Origin: Eledone cirrhosa
Lineage: Eukaryota
Direction: 5' to 3'
NCBI GenBank assembly: GCA_964016885.1
Contig: OZ024740.1
Span: 244,094,001 to 244,158,000 of the forward strand
DNA: 64,000 nucleotides
Positions 28,250 through 42,059 of the stretch are shown piece after piece. The position numbers and the translations under genes were made by a program. Each line of letters begins with the position of its first letter. Positions within the stretch are counted from its first letter, which is position 1. Under the pieces are notes generated by a model that was not told where the DNA came from, ran no database searches, and saw only the letters and a program-made list of their open reading frames with translations.

Positions 28250-31200
28250 ATTACTTAGAATAGGCAGTATAAATGTACGTGGCCTGGGGTCATCGTGGAA
28301 GCAGGGCCACCTGCTTAACGACCTCAGATCACTAAACATAGATGTGGTGGCCATCAGGGAGACCAGAATTTCTGAAGCACGAGACTTCGCACCGATCTTC
28401 GGCGGCTACGATGTATACGCATCTCCCAGCCGTCCACAGGGGGGGGGGGGGACACACAGAGTTGCTGTGCTTTTTCAGAGAGGCTTGGATCTCGCCATAC
28501 GAGCCATCTTCCTGGACCCAGAAGGTAAGTCGGTGGTACTGGACGCGACGGACAGCGAAGGCAATGCTTTTAGGCTAGTAGCCGTCTACGCTCCAACAGG
28601 GACAGGACGGCCAGATTTCTTCAGACGTCTAGAGACCTTTCTTGGAACGTCCCGCTCTTTAGTGTTAGTGGGTGACTGGAACGGTATCTTAGATGCACGC
28701 TGGGATTATGTGGGGCTAGTAAATAAGGGAGGAGGATGTAAAAGTCTCACCAACCTGCTCAGACGTTTTCAACTGTCTGATAGGTATCGACTGGATTATC
28801 CGAATGTGCCAATGTGGACATGGGCAAACCGCATCGGGTCATCCAGATCGTATCTAGAGAGGGTATTGTGTAGAAAAACAGATAAGGCTAGCCTAGGTTG
28901 TCCATAATTTAAAGTAGTCGGCTACTCGGACCACAAATTTGTGATCTGTGAAGTCGACTTAGATAGACTTCATAAGCAAGGAGGCGTTTAGGACCGGCAT
29001 CGCAACCGACATGCTTGCGGCAAGATTGGCATTCGACCAATTGTTTAATGCACGAAGGCTGCGTTATCAGAGCTAGAGCGCGTGCTCTAAGACAAGAGGG
29101 GACAAAATCTGGCCAATGGGCCCGGGTGGTGGAGGCGCGACGTGGCAACAAAGCCACAATTCAATCCTTGCCTGACCAAAATGGGCACATGTTACTCGAA
29201 CCCGAGCAGATGTGTGAGGCTTTTCAGCAGCACTTTGCTCAACTGTTTGGGAGCGGCGGCGGGCCAGATCGGAGTATGATTTCAGTGCATACCTCGAGGG
29301 ACTATCGCAGCTCTCGATGACCGCAGTGCAGTATTGCGAAAAGCCGATAACAGCCAGTGAAATACGAAGGCTAAATCGCCAGGTTTGGATGGTCTGCCCT
29401 ACGAGCTTTATGCGTACATGCCAGACTTGTTCGGCGACATCTTGGCAGACGTCTACCGCAACTGGCAGCAGAACGGGAGCATTCCCAGTTTTATGAGCCG
29501 GGGAGCGGTGGCGCTGTTGAGAAAAGACCCGAACAAAGGGGACGTTATAGACAACTTCAGGCCCATAACTCTGTTAAACATAGATTTCAAAATTTTGGCC
29601 AAGGTGTTAGCAACGAGATTGTCGTTGGTAATCTGGTAGGAGAAGCGCAGACATGCGCCATTCCAGACAGCTTCATCCACGACAACCTCCACCTCATGCG
29701 ATACATAATAGAGAGGGTGGTTAAGGAACTTGGCCCGGATGGAGCCCTGATCAACTTAAATCAATCTAAGGCTAGTTTCGGGCCCATTTTCAGGGGTTGG
29801 ATCGCTGCGATGCACAGCGACATCTGCTCAGTTGTAAAGAGGAACGGTCATCTGTTACAGCCGTTCAGCAGCATGCGCTCGGTCCGTCAGGGTTGTCCCC
29901 TCTCGTCACTCTTGTACGTATTGGCCCTATGGCCGTTACTGCACAAATCGGAGGCGATGAGAGACGTCCCACGCGAACTGGGATGTGGGAGATCCGTATC
30001 GGCTTACGACGACGACATTACCGTGGTGGTGTCAAGCGCCGGACATGTCCAGATGCTCGGCACCACTCTCAAGGAATATGAAACAGTGACAGGAGCAAAG
30101 TTAAACCAGAAAAAGTCGGTGGGTTTGCAGCTCGGCACCTGGAGAGGCAAGTCTATGCCGCCCGTCAGCGTCGTGGGGCGCTGGACGGAAGGACCTGTTA
30201 AAATGCTCGAGGTCTGGTTCGGTCCGAACCTCCAGATGTAGGAAAACTGGAGCGAGGTGACAAACAGGGTGACCTCTCTCACCCAGAAATGGGTCGAGAA
30301 GAAGCTGTCCCTGAAAGGTCAGGCAGAGGTTTCGAATACGTACATCGCATCCGTCATCTGCTACCGCCTAATCGTTGTGCCTTGCCTCGGCCCAACTCTG
30401 ACAAAAGTGGAGCGCTTCCTCTTCCGTTTTTATGGAAGGGACGTGCTCCAATGGTCAGACGATCCATCTGTTGTCAACAACCGTTGCGTGGAGAGCTGGG
30501 CATACCGTGGCTGATGATGCGCAAATAGGCGCTGAGGCTACGACATCTCTGGTGCTTCCTTAACGGTGGACAGGTGTGGTCACCATTTGCCAGACGTGTT
30601 TTTCCCCAGCTCGTCTCATTAACGGAGCTGCAGTACTGGATCAGGAGAAGGCCGAGGGATAGCGCTTGGAAGCTGGAATGTCTCCAAGCGCTCACAGCCT
30701 TCTACCAGCTGGGCACTAGTATCAGCTGTTTGCCCTCATCAAGAGAACTTTCAGACCGGGACCTATGGACAACTTGCAGAAATCCCTGGCCTGGCAGTGC
30801 TACCGGGGAGCGTTGCCGATTCGAGATAAGCTCTACAGGCACGGAGGTGCTGTCAGCCGAACCTGTTCGAGATGCGCACAGGGCGACGAAACCGTCGTGC
30901 ACGCACTTGTTCAGTGCCCGAGCATTGCTGACTTGTGGAGCTATGTCGAACAGTTGCTGTCGCGTGTAGGGCGGATCCGGTTATCGACTGATTCCATTGT
31001 GCAGATAGCCCCGCCATCCTCCTTTAAAGAGGAGGAAGGGCAGGCAGTTTTCATCAGCCTGGTGGCCATGGCGAAAGAGATTGTGTGGTGGACAAGGTTG
31101 AAAGGGTTGAAGACGGACACTTTCTTCTCCGGCCAATCCCTGATTAACTTTTTCATGTTTCACTTGAAGAGGAAAATCAGGGTGGAGAAATAAGTGCTGT
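28250..31200 (+). mobile_element. L1/Tx1-clade LINE ORF2, decayed (APE, RT, zinc finger)
   Basis: GSINVRGL..ETR, VYAP, GDWN, SDH; PGLDGLPYE, NFRPITLLNIDFKILAK, VRQGCPLS, AYDDD; CSRC..ETVVHALVQCP. Confidence 0.92.
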
Positions 31201-31600
31201 TTCAACCCCAGCATTGCAGAATCCGCATTTTGGGTTTATTCCGTTTCTCATCACATTGGCCTAGTAATTACGAGTCAATAAGCTTTGATCTTGGGTAGCT
31301 AAGATGAAGCCTTCACTCTCCGCCTTTAGCCCTGAACTACGTAGCCACTGATGGGTGTGCTTTTTGTCAACATCAGCTTGTTTGTTACGGGCCACATATT
31401 TGCTATGCAGAGGTTTCTGCTCCCAGTTTGATGCTAATTGTCCTTGCCCTTTTGCTTTTGCCAGTGATTTTATGTGCCTAGCAGCATCAGTTGCAACAGT
31501 TTCTTTAGTCTGTCCAGCCTGGGTATCAAGCATGAGATCAGTAGCATATTTTTTTGCTTTCCTTCAACAAGTTTCAGTATATAGTAGTTAGTTGTTTCAG
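31200..31600 (-). pseudogene. Fragment of a second R4/Dong family
   Basis: KPLHSKY..THQWLRSSGLKAESEGFILATQDQSLLTRNY..KCGFC. Confidence 0.8.
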
Positions 31601-31627
31601 TCTAATGATGGTGGTCTTATAAGCAAG

Positions 31628-34600
31628 TGGGAGGTCAAAATCCTTTTTACCTCCCACTTTAAGTCCTGGTATCGGTTAATTTTCTCCCTCTCCTTTTCTT
31701 GCACTCTCGTGTCAAATGGGCAGACTACATCTACAATCAGGCATGATCTTTTTTCCTTGTCCAAAACCACCAGGTCAGGCCTATTGTGTTCCAGTTTCTT
31801 GTCCGTCTGTATCCTAAAATCCCATAGCACCTTCACCTGATCGTTTTCTATCACCAACTCTGGCTTATGCTCATACCACTTCTCAGTATGTGGTAAATTG
31901 TTTACTTTGCATAGGTGCCAGTGGATCACCCTGCCCATCACACCATGTCTCCAGCCCTTATAGTGAGTCTGGGTTCGGTGTTTACACTCGGATGCAATGT
32001 GAGTCACAGTCTCCTCTCTCTCTCCACAGATCCTACACAGTGGGCTAGCCTCCTCCTTGTAAATATGGTGTTTCACCCACTTCGTTCTGAAGGCCTGCTC
32101 TTGCGCAGCCATTAGCATTCCTTCTGTAGCCTTTTTAATGTCTCATCTTTTCAACCAGTTCCATGTCTGTGGATCTCTAAATTCAGTTTTCTCAAAGAAG
32201 GCACTATGAAGGGATTTTTCATGAAGGCTGCTCTTTCTCCTTGCTGTTATTTCCTCCTTGGACATGCCCTGATCTATTGTCCTCTCCTTCAGTACAATTC
32301 TGAGCATTGGCTCCCTACTGTCAGTCACGTATTTGTGCAGGTTGTTTTTCTCCATCTCAACACAGCCCTCTATGCTGATAAGACCTCTTCCACCATCACT
32401 CCTCTTGTGGAACATGTTGTAGATAGTCAATAGCTTCCTAGTCTTCCTATCTCTCCTATTTCCTGTTTCTTTTTGTTCAGCAACATTCCATTTCAGAATT
32501 CCCGCACTGTACCTAATAATAGACACAGCTCGGGAATTTACTGCACTTATGACATTCCTACTGTTCAGATGTGATTTTAATACGCTCCTTATTCTCCGAA
32601 TGTATTCAGATCTTATCAATTCTTCCATTTTTTTTTTCTTGATGTCATCTGCCTCCAGAACACCTAAATATTTGTATCCTTCTTCACTGTCAATTTCCTT
32701 TATCATCTCACCTGTTGGTACCAGGATTCCGTTGCTTCTGCTCAATTTACCCCTCTTCATCACAAGGACTCCACACTTACTAATACCAGATTCCATACAT
32801 ATATCATTGCTGAAAATACGGACAGTGTCAACAGGTACATCCAACTCCTTCTCACTCTTCCCAAAGAGTTTAAGATCGTCCATGAAGAGGAGGTGATTGA
32901 TGGTAAGCTCTCCTTTTCCCAACTTGTATCCTGCTCTCACTTTTCGCAGTATAATGGTCAGGGTATCAGGGCAAGGACAAACAACAGAGGGGACAAACTA
33001 TCTCCCTGGAAAATAACTCTCTTGATCTTCATGCCTCCCAAGGATTCTCCACCCGATGTTAACTCTGTTTCCCAGGACTTCCTATTTTCGCTCAACCACT
33101 GTCTGATGTTAACTGCCACCTTGAAGATCTCTAGGCTTTTGGTTATCCATCCCATGGCAAGACCAATGTGTCTCCTCCTGCAATTCCTCATTACCATCTT
33201 ATCAATAAGTAACTGGTCCTTTGTACCACGGTACTTCTTTCGGCATCCTTTCTGTTCATCCGGTAACAAGTTGTTTGTGTGGAGGTGATGGTAGATTTCC
33301 TCAGACACAATGCTTGTTAACAGTTTCCACATTACGGACAGACATGTGATAGGTCTATAGTTGGTAACATCATTACACTTGATTCGGTCTTTCATTACCA
33401 GAACTGTGTTTGTTACCTTTTGTCAACCACTCTGGTACCTCACCCTACATCAAGCAGTCATTGAACATGGTTGTCAGTTTCGGGTGGAGGGATGTTATAT
33501 TTTTATCAAATACCCCTGCACACCACATGGGCCTTGCGATTTCCAGTTGGTTAGTTTTTTGGTCTGCCCCTTAAGAGTTTCAACTGTGATACTCAAATCA
33601 GTTTGTTTGTGTGCTTGTTCACTAATCTCCTTTTATACTGTCTCAATCCACAATGCCTGATCATTATGTTCAACACCCTGCTCCAGAATGTCTTACTCTG
33701 TACCGTCTCAGGGATCAAGTCGTTGCCTTTTTCTTTCCCTTCAAGCTGTCCAAACAACACTGGTTGTTGTCAAACATGCGGTTCTGTCTATACTGACTGA
33801 CTCTGCTATCATACCGTCTAATCTTTGCACTCTTTGCTATAATGCGTTGCTTCAGTTCCTCTATGGTGATATTTAGCTTTTTCCTCCCAGTTTTGTACTT
33901 TATTTCCAGTCTATTTTTAGTGTCTATGTTTTTTAGTGTCCCATTCAGTAGGGACTCAAGCTTTCCAATGTCATTTCTCATTTCCTTGATTTGACCATTC
34001 AATCATTTCTTCCACCAAGGTTCTGATCTTTCTTGTTTGTTGTTTCCACTCGTTTTTATGCCAAGTAATTTCCTCACCGTATTTGCTGTTGCCTTGAGGA
34101 TATTGTTGCATTGGTGAAGGTTCCTCGCCTCAAGGTATGGGATGACTTTGTTTACCTTAGCTGTTGTTTCTTTTAACTTTTTCCTGTCTACAAATCTTAG
34201 GTTCATAGGTTTTCCACTATCATTGTTCATTTCATCTACCACTAAGTTTAAGATACCAATCAAATCTTGTCCTAGCCCGTCAGCATTCATTTCCTCATTG
34301 GCCGTATCTTTGTTCCAGATGTTATTTATTTCAGCATTCAGATCATTGTCTGCTTCGGATGGTTCCTCCGTTCTCTCAACCTCTTCACCTTCATTTCCCA
34401 CTGGCTCGTTTGTCTGGCACACTCCACTCTCCATTTCTAACCTAATCTCTCTGCTCAGTTCCTCCAGTTCCAACTCGCTTATCCATCCATTAGTTCTTAT
34501 TATCCTAGCCTGCCCGGCCAATTTTTGTTCATCTAATTTAAATAGACCAATCTCGCTCCAGATGTTATGCATCCGTTTCATATAGCCTTTTTCCTTGGAG

Positions 34601-35500
34601 TTACTCTTCGGGTAACATTGCATAACAGTTCTATTCAATTCTTTCGTCCAGTTGGTTCTTGTCCCTTTCCTTCTTCTTCTTCCTCCAACACCAGCAGTAT
34701 TTGGATGACAGCCAAGTCGCTGCTGCTTGACCAGGGGGCACTTGCTGGGTGAGAGTCTGTCACATGGCGTTCCAGTCTCCACTTCACCGTTATTCGAACT
34801 GTTTAGGTTCGACATTTAAACACTCATATCGAGGATTGCTGAATGTATGGTTACATTACCACCGATGATTTCATCACCCCCAGTGATTTCATCATCCCCG
34901 GTGGTTTTAGCGTGGCACTATCACGCTGTAGACGAACATAAATAAATGAACAAATAAACAGATAAAAACTTTAAAAAATAAACATAAGTTTCATTGTAAT
35001 GTTTGAATGTCTGAGTTAGTTTTTTTGTTTGTTTGTTTTTTTTCCTTTACGTTTTTCGTTTTTCAAGGCCAATAACATCGGTTACTAGTGTTGTTGCTGT
35101 TGTTGCTACTGCTGCTGCTGCTGTTTTTGATTTTAGCTACGTGTGAAGTAGGGGTTGTTGCGTTCAAAACTTTTGAAATTTGTTTTTTGTTTGTGTGCTG
35201 TTCTATAATCTTTCGACTTGTTGCTTATTATTATTATTATGGCAGTATCGGTAGAGGGTCTGACGCCATGCTTTGCAGCAAAGAGTTACGGCCCTTGCGA
35301 TTCTGAGTTCAAATCCCGCCGAGGCCAACCTTGCCTTTCCTCCTTACGGGGTCGATATAATAAAGTAACAGTAATACACTGGGATAATTGCTAGCCAAAA
35401 GTAGAAACAATTATTATTATATTATAGTTTAGATTTGACATCGTTTAAGTTAAACATTTTGAGAGAGTTTAGAGTTTAGAGATAAAACAATAATTATTAT
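31628..35500 (-). mobile_element. R4/Dong-clade element, nearly full length, decayed (copy B)
   Basis: ORF starts at 34815; RT motifs, CRIC..HIASEC knuckle, WDF..HNRPDLVVLDK restriction-like endonuclease. Confidence 0.92.
35240..35425 (+). mobile_element. tRNA-derived SINE inside the Dong 5' region
   Basis: Same position relative to Dong as 20238-20335; shared downstream flank TAGTTTAGATTTGACATCG. Confidence 0.85.
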
Positions 35501-36027
35501 TTTGGTGTTGTTGTTGTTATTTGTTTGACCGGGTCACTAAATCAGTCTATTTATATCTTTTGATGCCTTCCTCGCTTATTCATGTGTAGTGGCACTACTA
35601 CCACCCCTCTCTTAACAAGAGGTAATGAGGGAAGAGTGGTGGTAGCGATGATGCAGTGGTGGCGGTGGTGATGGGATAGTAGTACTATAGTGATGGTGTT
35701 GCTGCAGCCTGGCTAGATTTTTAGTAGTAGTGGTGATGGTGGTGGTGGCCATGGTGGTGTTGGTGGTGAAATTATTTGGCTGTTGTTCGTAACCATTTTC
35801 TTTTTTGACTATAACATTTCTTATGCAAAATTAAATATTAAATACTGGAGCCCTATGCCATAATGTGATTTGTTGTCACTCCCTTAGAGTTGAAACTAGT
35901 ATCTTATGTTCCATTTGTAATAAGAATTATTCTATCACAATTGTTTTAAATATGTAAAAAATCAAAAACTTACGTGAGCGATTCCATAACACTCTATCCA
36001 CCATGTGCGTATGATTATTATTATTGC

Positions 36028-36375
36028 TAAAAGGTGGATGAATGTGGCGAGAATGGCCCGTGTGAATGGGCCTACTCTGACCATGTGCCTATAGGCTAGA
36101 TAAATTGAGGAGAGGGGTGCTCTCCCTGGGTGCCCTAGAAGCGCAGGGTGGTTCAGGATTGGTGGGGTACCCGAGTCACTCCAGGGTCGTCCACCCCCTA
36201 TCGGGGAATTTATTTTGTTATATTTATGCATAGTTTATTTGATATTTTTTATATCTTCATTGTTAAATCAGTCTTGCTATTGTGCACTTTTACTCGACTG
36301 TATTCTAAACCCCCACTGTCCCTGTCTTTGTATTGTCCCCTACATGTCGGCCCTTGTGGCTAATAAATGAAATCA
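36028..36375 (+). mobile_element. 3' end of L1/Tx1-like LINE
   Basis: RWMNVARMARVNGPTLTMCL* plus 3' UTR and ATT tail. Confidence 0.65.
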
Positions 36376-36440
36376 TTATTATTATTAATATTATTATTAT
36401 TATTATTTTTATTATTATTATTATTATATTGTTATTACTC

Positions 36441-38876
36441 TTTGAGTCTCAGTCATTGATGTTAGTTAACTGGAAAGTTTGTTGAAATGAATATCAAGCC
36501 ACTACCTGCAGCCTCAGATATTCAGGACGTATCGGAGGGTTCTTGCTGTTCCCAGCAAGCATGCCTTTTGAAGTGTTCCAAAAAGCGGGGCGGGACCAAT
36601 TTTCTTTAACCATCCTTGGAAACTCTTTGAGATAGTCCCTAGTGCGCCTATGACAATCGGGACGACCTTGATTTCATGGCAGTTCCAAATCCTTTTTACC
36701 TCCCACTTTAAGTCCTGGTATCGGTAAATTTTCTCCCTCTCCTTCTCTTGCACTCTCGTGTCGAATGGGCAGGCCACATCCACAATCAGACACGATCTTT
36801 TTCCCTTGTCCAAAACCACCAGGTCAGGTCTATTGTGTTCCAGTTTCTTGTCCGTCTTTATCTTAAAATCCCACAGCACCTTCACCTGATCGTTTTCTAT
36901 CACCAACTCTGGCTTATGCTCCTACCACTTCTCAGAATGTGGTAAATTGTTTACTTTGCATAGGTGCCAGTGGATCACCCTCCCATCACATCATGTCTCC
37001 AGCCCTTATAGTGAGTCTGGGCTAGGTGTTTATACTCGGATGCAATGTGAGTCACAGTTCCTTTCTCTCTCTCTCCACAGATACTGCACAGTGGGCTAGC
37101 CTCCTCCTTGTAAATATGGTGTTTCAACCACTTCGTTTTGAGGGCCTGCTCTTGCGCAGCCATTAGCATTCCTTCTGTAGCCTTTTTAAGGTCTCATCTT
37201 TTCAACCAGTTCCATGTCTGTGGATCTCTAAATTTAGTTTTCTCAAAGAAGGCACTATGAAGGGATTTTTCATGAAGGCTGCTCTTTCTCCTTGTTGTTA
37301 TTTCGTCCTTGGACATCCCTGGTCTATTGTCCTCTCCTTCAGTACAATTCTGAGCATTGGCTCCCTACTATGAGTCACGTATTCGTGTAGGTTGTTTTTC
37401 TCCATCCGAACACAGCCCTCTATGCTGATAAGACCTCTTCCACCTTCAGATCTCCTTAAGTAGAGTCTATCGACATCACTCCTTTTGTGGAACATGTTGT
37501 AGATAGTCAATAGCTTCCTAGTCTTCCTATCCATTTCTTTTTGTTCAGCAACATTCCATCTCAAAATTCCCGCACTGTACCTAATAATAGACACAGCTCG
37601 GGAATTTACTGCACTTATGGCATTCCTACTGTTCGGATGTGACTTTAATACGCTCCTTACTCTCCGAATGTATTCAGATCTTATCAATTCCTTCACTTTT
37701 TGTTCTTGATGTCATTAGCCTCCAGAACACCTAAATACTTGTATCCCCCTTCAGTATCAATTTCCTTTATCATCTCACCTGTTGGTATCTGGATTCCGTT
37801 GCTTCTGCTCAATTTACCCCTCTTCATCACAAGGACTGCACACTTACTAATACAAAATTGCATACATATATCACTGCTGAAAATACGCAGTGTCAACAAG
37901 CACATCCAACTCCTTCTCACTCTTCCCGAAGAGCGTAAGATCGTCCATGAAGAGGAGGTGATTGAGGGTAAGCTCTCCTTTTCCCAACTTGTAACCTGCT
38001 CTCACTTTTCGCAGTACAATGGTCAGGGGGATCAGGGCAAGGACAAACAACAGAGGGGACAAACTATCTCCCTGGAAGATACCTCTCTTGATCTTCACGC
38101 CTCCCAAGGATTCTCCGCCCGATGTTAACTCTGTTTTCCAGGACTTCATACTTTTTCTCAACAACTGTCTTATGTTATCTGCCACCTTGAAGATCTCTAG
38201 GCTTTTGGTTATCCAAAAATGAGGTACCATGTCGAATGCCTTTTTGCAGTCTATCCATCCCATGGCAAGACCAATGTGTCTCCTCCTGCAATTCCTCATT
38301 ACCATCTTATCAATAAGTAACTGGTCCTTTGTACCACGGGACTTCTTTCGGCATCCTTTCTGTTCGTCCGGTAACAAGTTGTTTATGTGGAGGTGATGGT
38401 AGATTTCCTCAGACACAATGCTTGTTAACAGCTTCCACATTACGGACAGTCATGTGATAGGTCTATAGTTGGTAACATCATTACTCTTGGTTCGGTCTTT
38501 CATTACTAGAACTGTGGTACCTTTTGTCAACCACTCTGGTACTTCACCTGACATCAAGGAGTCATTGAACATGGTTGTCAGTTTCGGGTGGAGGGATGTT
38601 ATATTTTGAATCCAATACCCCTGCACACCATCTGGGCCTTGCGATTTCCAGTTGGTTAGTTTTCTGGCCTGCCCCTTCAGAGTTTCAACTGTGATACTCA
38701 AATCAGTTTGTTGGTTTGCCTGTTCACTAATCTCCTTTTCTACTATCTCAATCCACACTGCCTGATTATTATGTTTAACATCCTGCTCCCATATTCCTCT
38801 TCAGAATGTCTTAGTTTGTTCCGCCTCAGGGACCAAGTCGTTTTCTCTTTCTTTCCCTTCAAGCTGTCCAAACAAC
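36441..38876 (-). mobile_element. 5'-truncated R4/Dong element (copy C), 3' end in (TAA)n
   Basis: RT, knuckle, RLE and QKACLLGTARTLRYVLNI* C-terminus. Confidence 0.92.
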
Positions 38877-38888
38877 TTATTATTGTTA

Positions 38889-39770
<882 letters not shown>

Positions 39771-40090
39771 CCGTTTGTCGCACAGTATTTCTTGTTGGTG
39801 ATGTAATACTGGTACCAGCTGTCCACAACCAATAGACTGAGGTCACACCTTCTATTAATATAATTATAATTATTACTGTTATTGTTATTACTATTAATAA
39901 TATCATTATGATCATACACATCGTCCTCACAATTCGTCTTCCTTTATCTTCGTGTTAATGTTTCAATTATTAATTACACTGGTTAAATGTGATAAAAATG
40001 TTAGTGAAGTATTATTTGTTAATAGTTTCCTGCTACCTCATGTTCCTGCCATTAATGAAGGTATTATTGTGAATATTTATACATATTGTG

Positions 40091-40144
<54 letters not shown>

Positions 40145-40155
40145 GTGTGTGTGTG

Positions 40156-40203
<48 letters not shown>

Positions 40204-40444
40204 GCGAGAGATGGATGGATATAGATATTCGATTTATATATTTTCGTCGTAGATGCTAAGTGAAACAATACGAAGCATTTCAATGAACTCTCCTAAGTAG
40301 ATATGATTTTTTAATGGATATAGAGACACATATACAATATATTATATGTACACACATATATATACATATGTGTGTGTAGATATATTTATATGCAAATACA
40401 CCTGTGTTTATTATATAATATATATGTATTATATATATGTATTT

Positions 40445-40535
<91 letters not shown>

Positions 40536-41299
40536 ATGAACTGAGTCGATGCGAACGTAAATAGCTGAATCTGCAGTGATAGAAACGTAATAATACACAA
40601 CAATAAGAACAACATCCATAACAACAATGCAGTTGATAAAAAAAGAAGGTACAATTATAAATATCAATTGATGGAGGTAGGTGGAAGTAAACTACGAACA
40701 AAGATATCACAAAATAAAAATAAGAAACTAATGGAGAAATATGGTAGGGAAATTGTATGTATGTATGTATGTATGTATGTATGGGCCCGTAAGTTCTGAT
40801 GGGGCACCGTACTGACGTATATCCATGTTTGAGCATACCCTACTTTTTCCAGAGAGAGAATGATGGAGGGGAAGTGAGAAAAATATATGGAGGTTCAATC
40901 GATCCCAGTAATAGACTGGATTTTTTTATTGACGTCAAATGAATGAAAGGTAAATCTGATTGCGTTGGGTTTTGAACTTTTGTACAGACACGGAACGAAT
41001 GGTGCACAGCATTCTATCCGACCTTCTAACGGCCCACACATACAAAAACACTCATACACACTTATATACATAAGCACACACATATATACAAACTCACACA
41101 CATACACTACACAAAAGACTCTCTTGTTTATGTCACTTCATTGTTAATAATAACTGGTGAAGATTAGATACATAATTATGAGATACATAATGGTAGTTAA
41201 TGGATTATAGACATTTACTGACGATAGACACACTGAAACATCTGTTTATGTCCGACAATCGAAAAGATATACGGACTTAGTATGAATTTTTATACGGAA

Positions 41300-41405
41300 G
41301 CTTACAACTATATCATGTACAACTATATCACCGAAGTTAAGCAACGTCAAACCTAGTTTGTAGTTAGGCGGGATCACCACTTGGGTAACCTGAGGTGCTG
41401 TAATC
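41300..41405 (+). pseudogene. 5S rRNA pseudogene
   Basis: GCTTACAACTATATCA...ATCACCGAAGTTAAGCAACGTC...GATCACCACTTGGGTAACCTGAGGTGCTGTAA resembles metazoan 5S, with an internal deletion/duplication. Confidence 0.75.
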
Positions 41406-42059
41406 AGTTATATGTATTTGAAAGATAACTTAATAAATATGAGGTTTTCGTGCGAATTCCTGATGAAAAATTTACCATCTGAAATTCGGTGTTATGTTGC
41501 ATTAAATGATGCCTTGCCTTGAACCCTCAATTCATGGTAATGTCGAAGGGCTGCCTTGAGTATCGAATGACACGCCTTGGGTATCTGGCGGCGCCCATCC
41601 GTCTCCAACTAACATTAAAGCTAATTTCTTGCAGAGAAAGTGAGAGGGAGGGACAAAGAAAGAAAGAAATTGCTACATATACTATATTTGTAGTATATAT
41701 TAATTTCAGCATTTTCAATCTACAGGGAAATACGGAAATTTGACGTTTATATATTTATAGACACAATGTGTATATTTACCGACATGTATGAAGCGCATAA
41801 TTGCTACGGGCGTAGTAAATTTATGTTCATATTTCTATTAATACACTTGTATAACTTTATTTATTTACCTACTGTTACCTATCGTGTTAAACGTCTACTT
41901 CCAAATTCACCTGTCACATGAAAGAATTTTCTATAACGTTGTTAGCTACAGAAAATTCAGAATAAGACATTCTTAGGAAAGTTATGATGTATAACATTCT
42001 GTTTTTATACCAATTCATTCGTATCTTTTGTGTCTTCAGTATGGCGTGTGAAGGAGGTT

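Noticed and set aside
41452-41500. CTGATGA...GAAAT hammerhead candidate
   Set aside because: Stems I and II do not pair convincingly.
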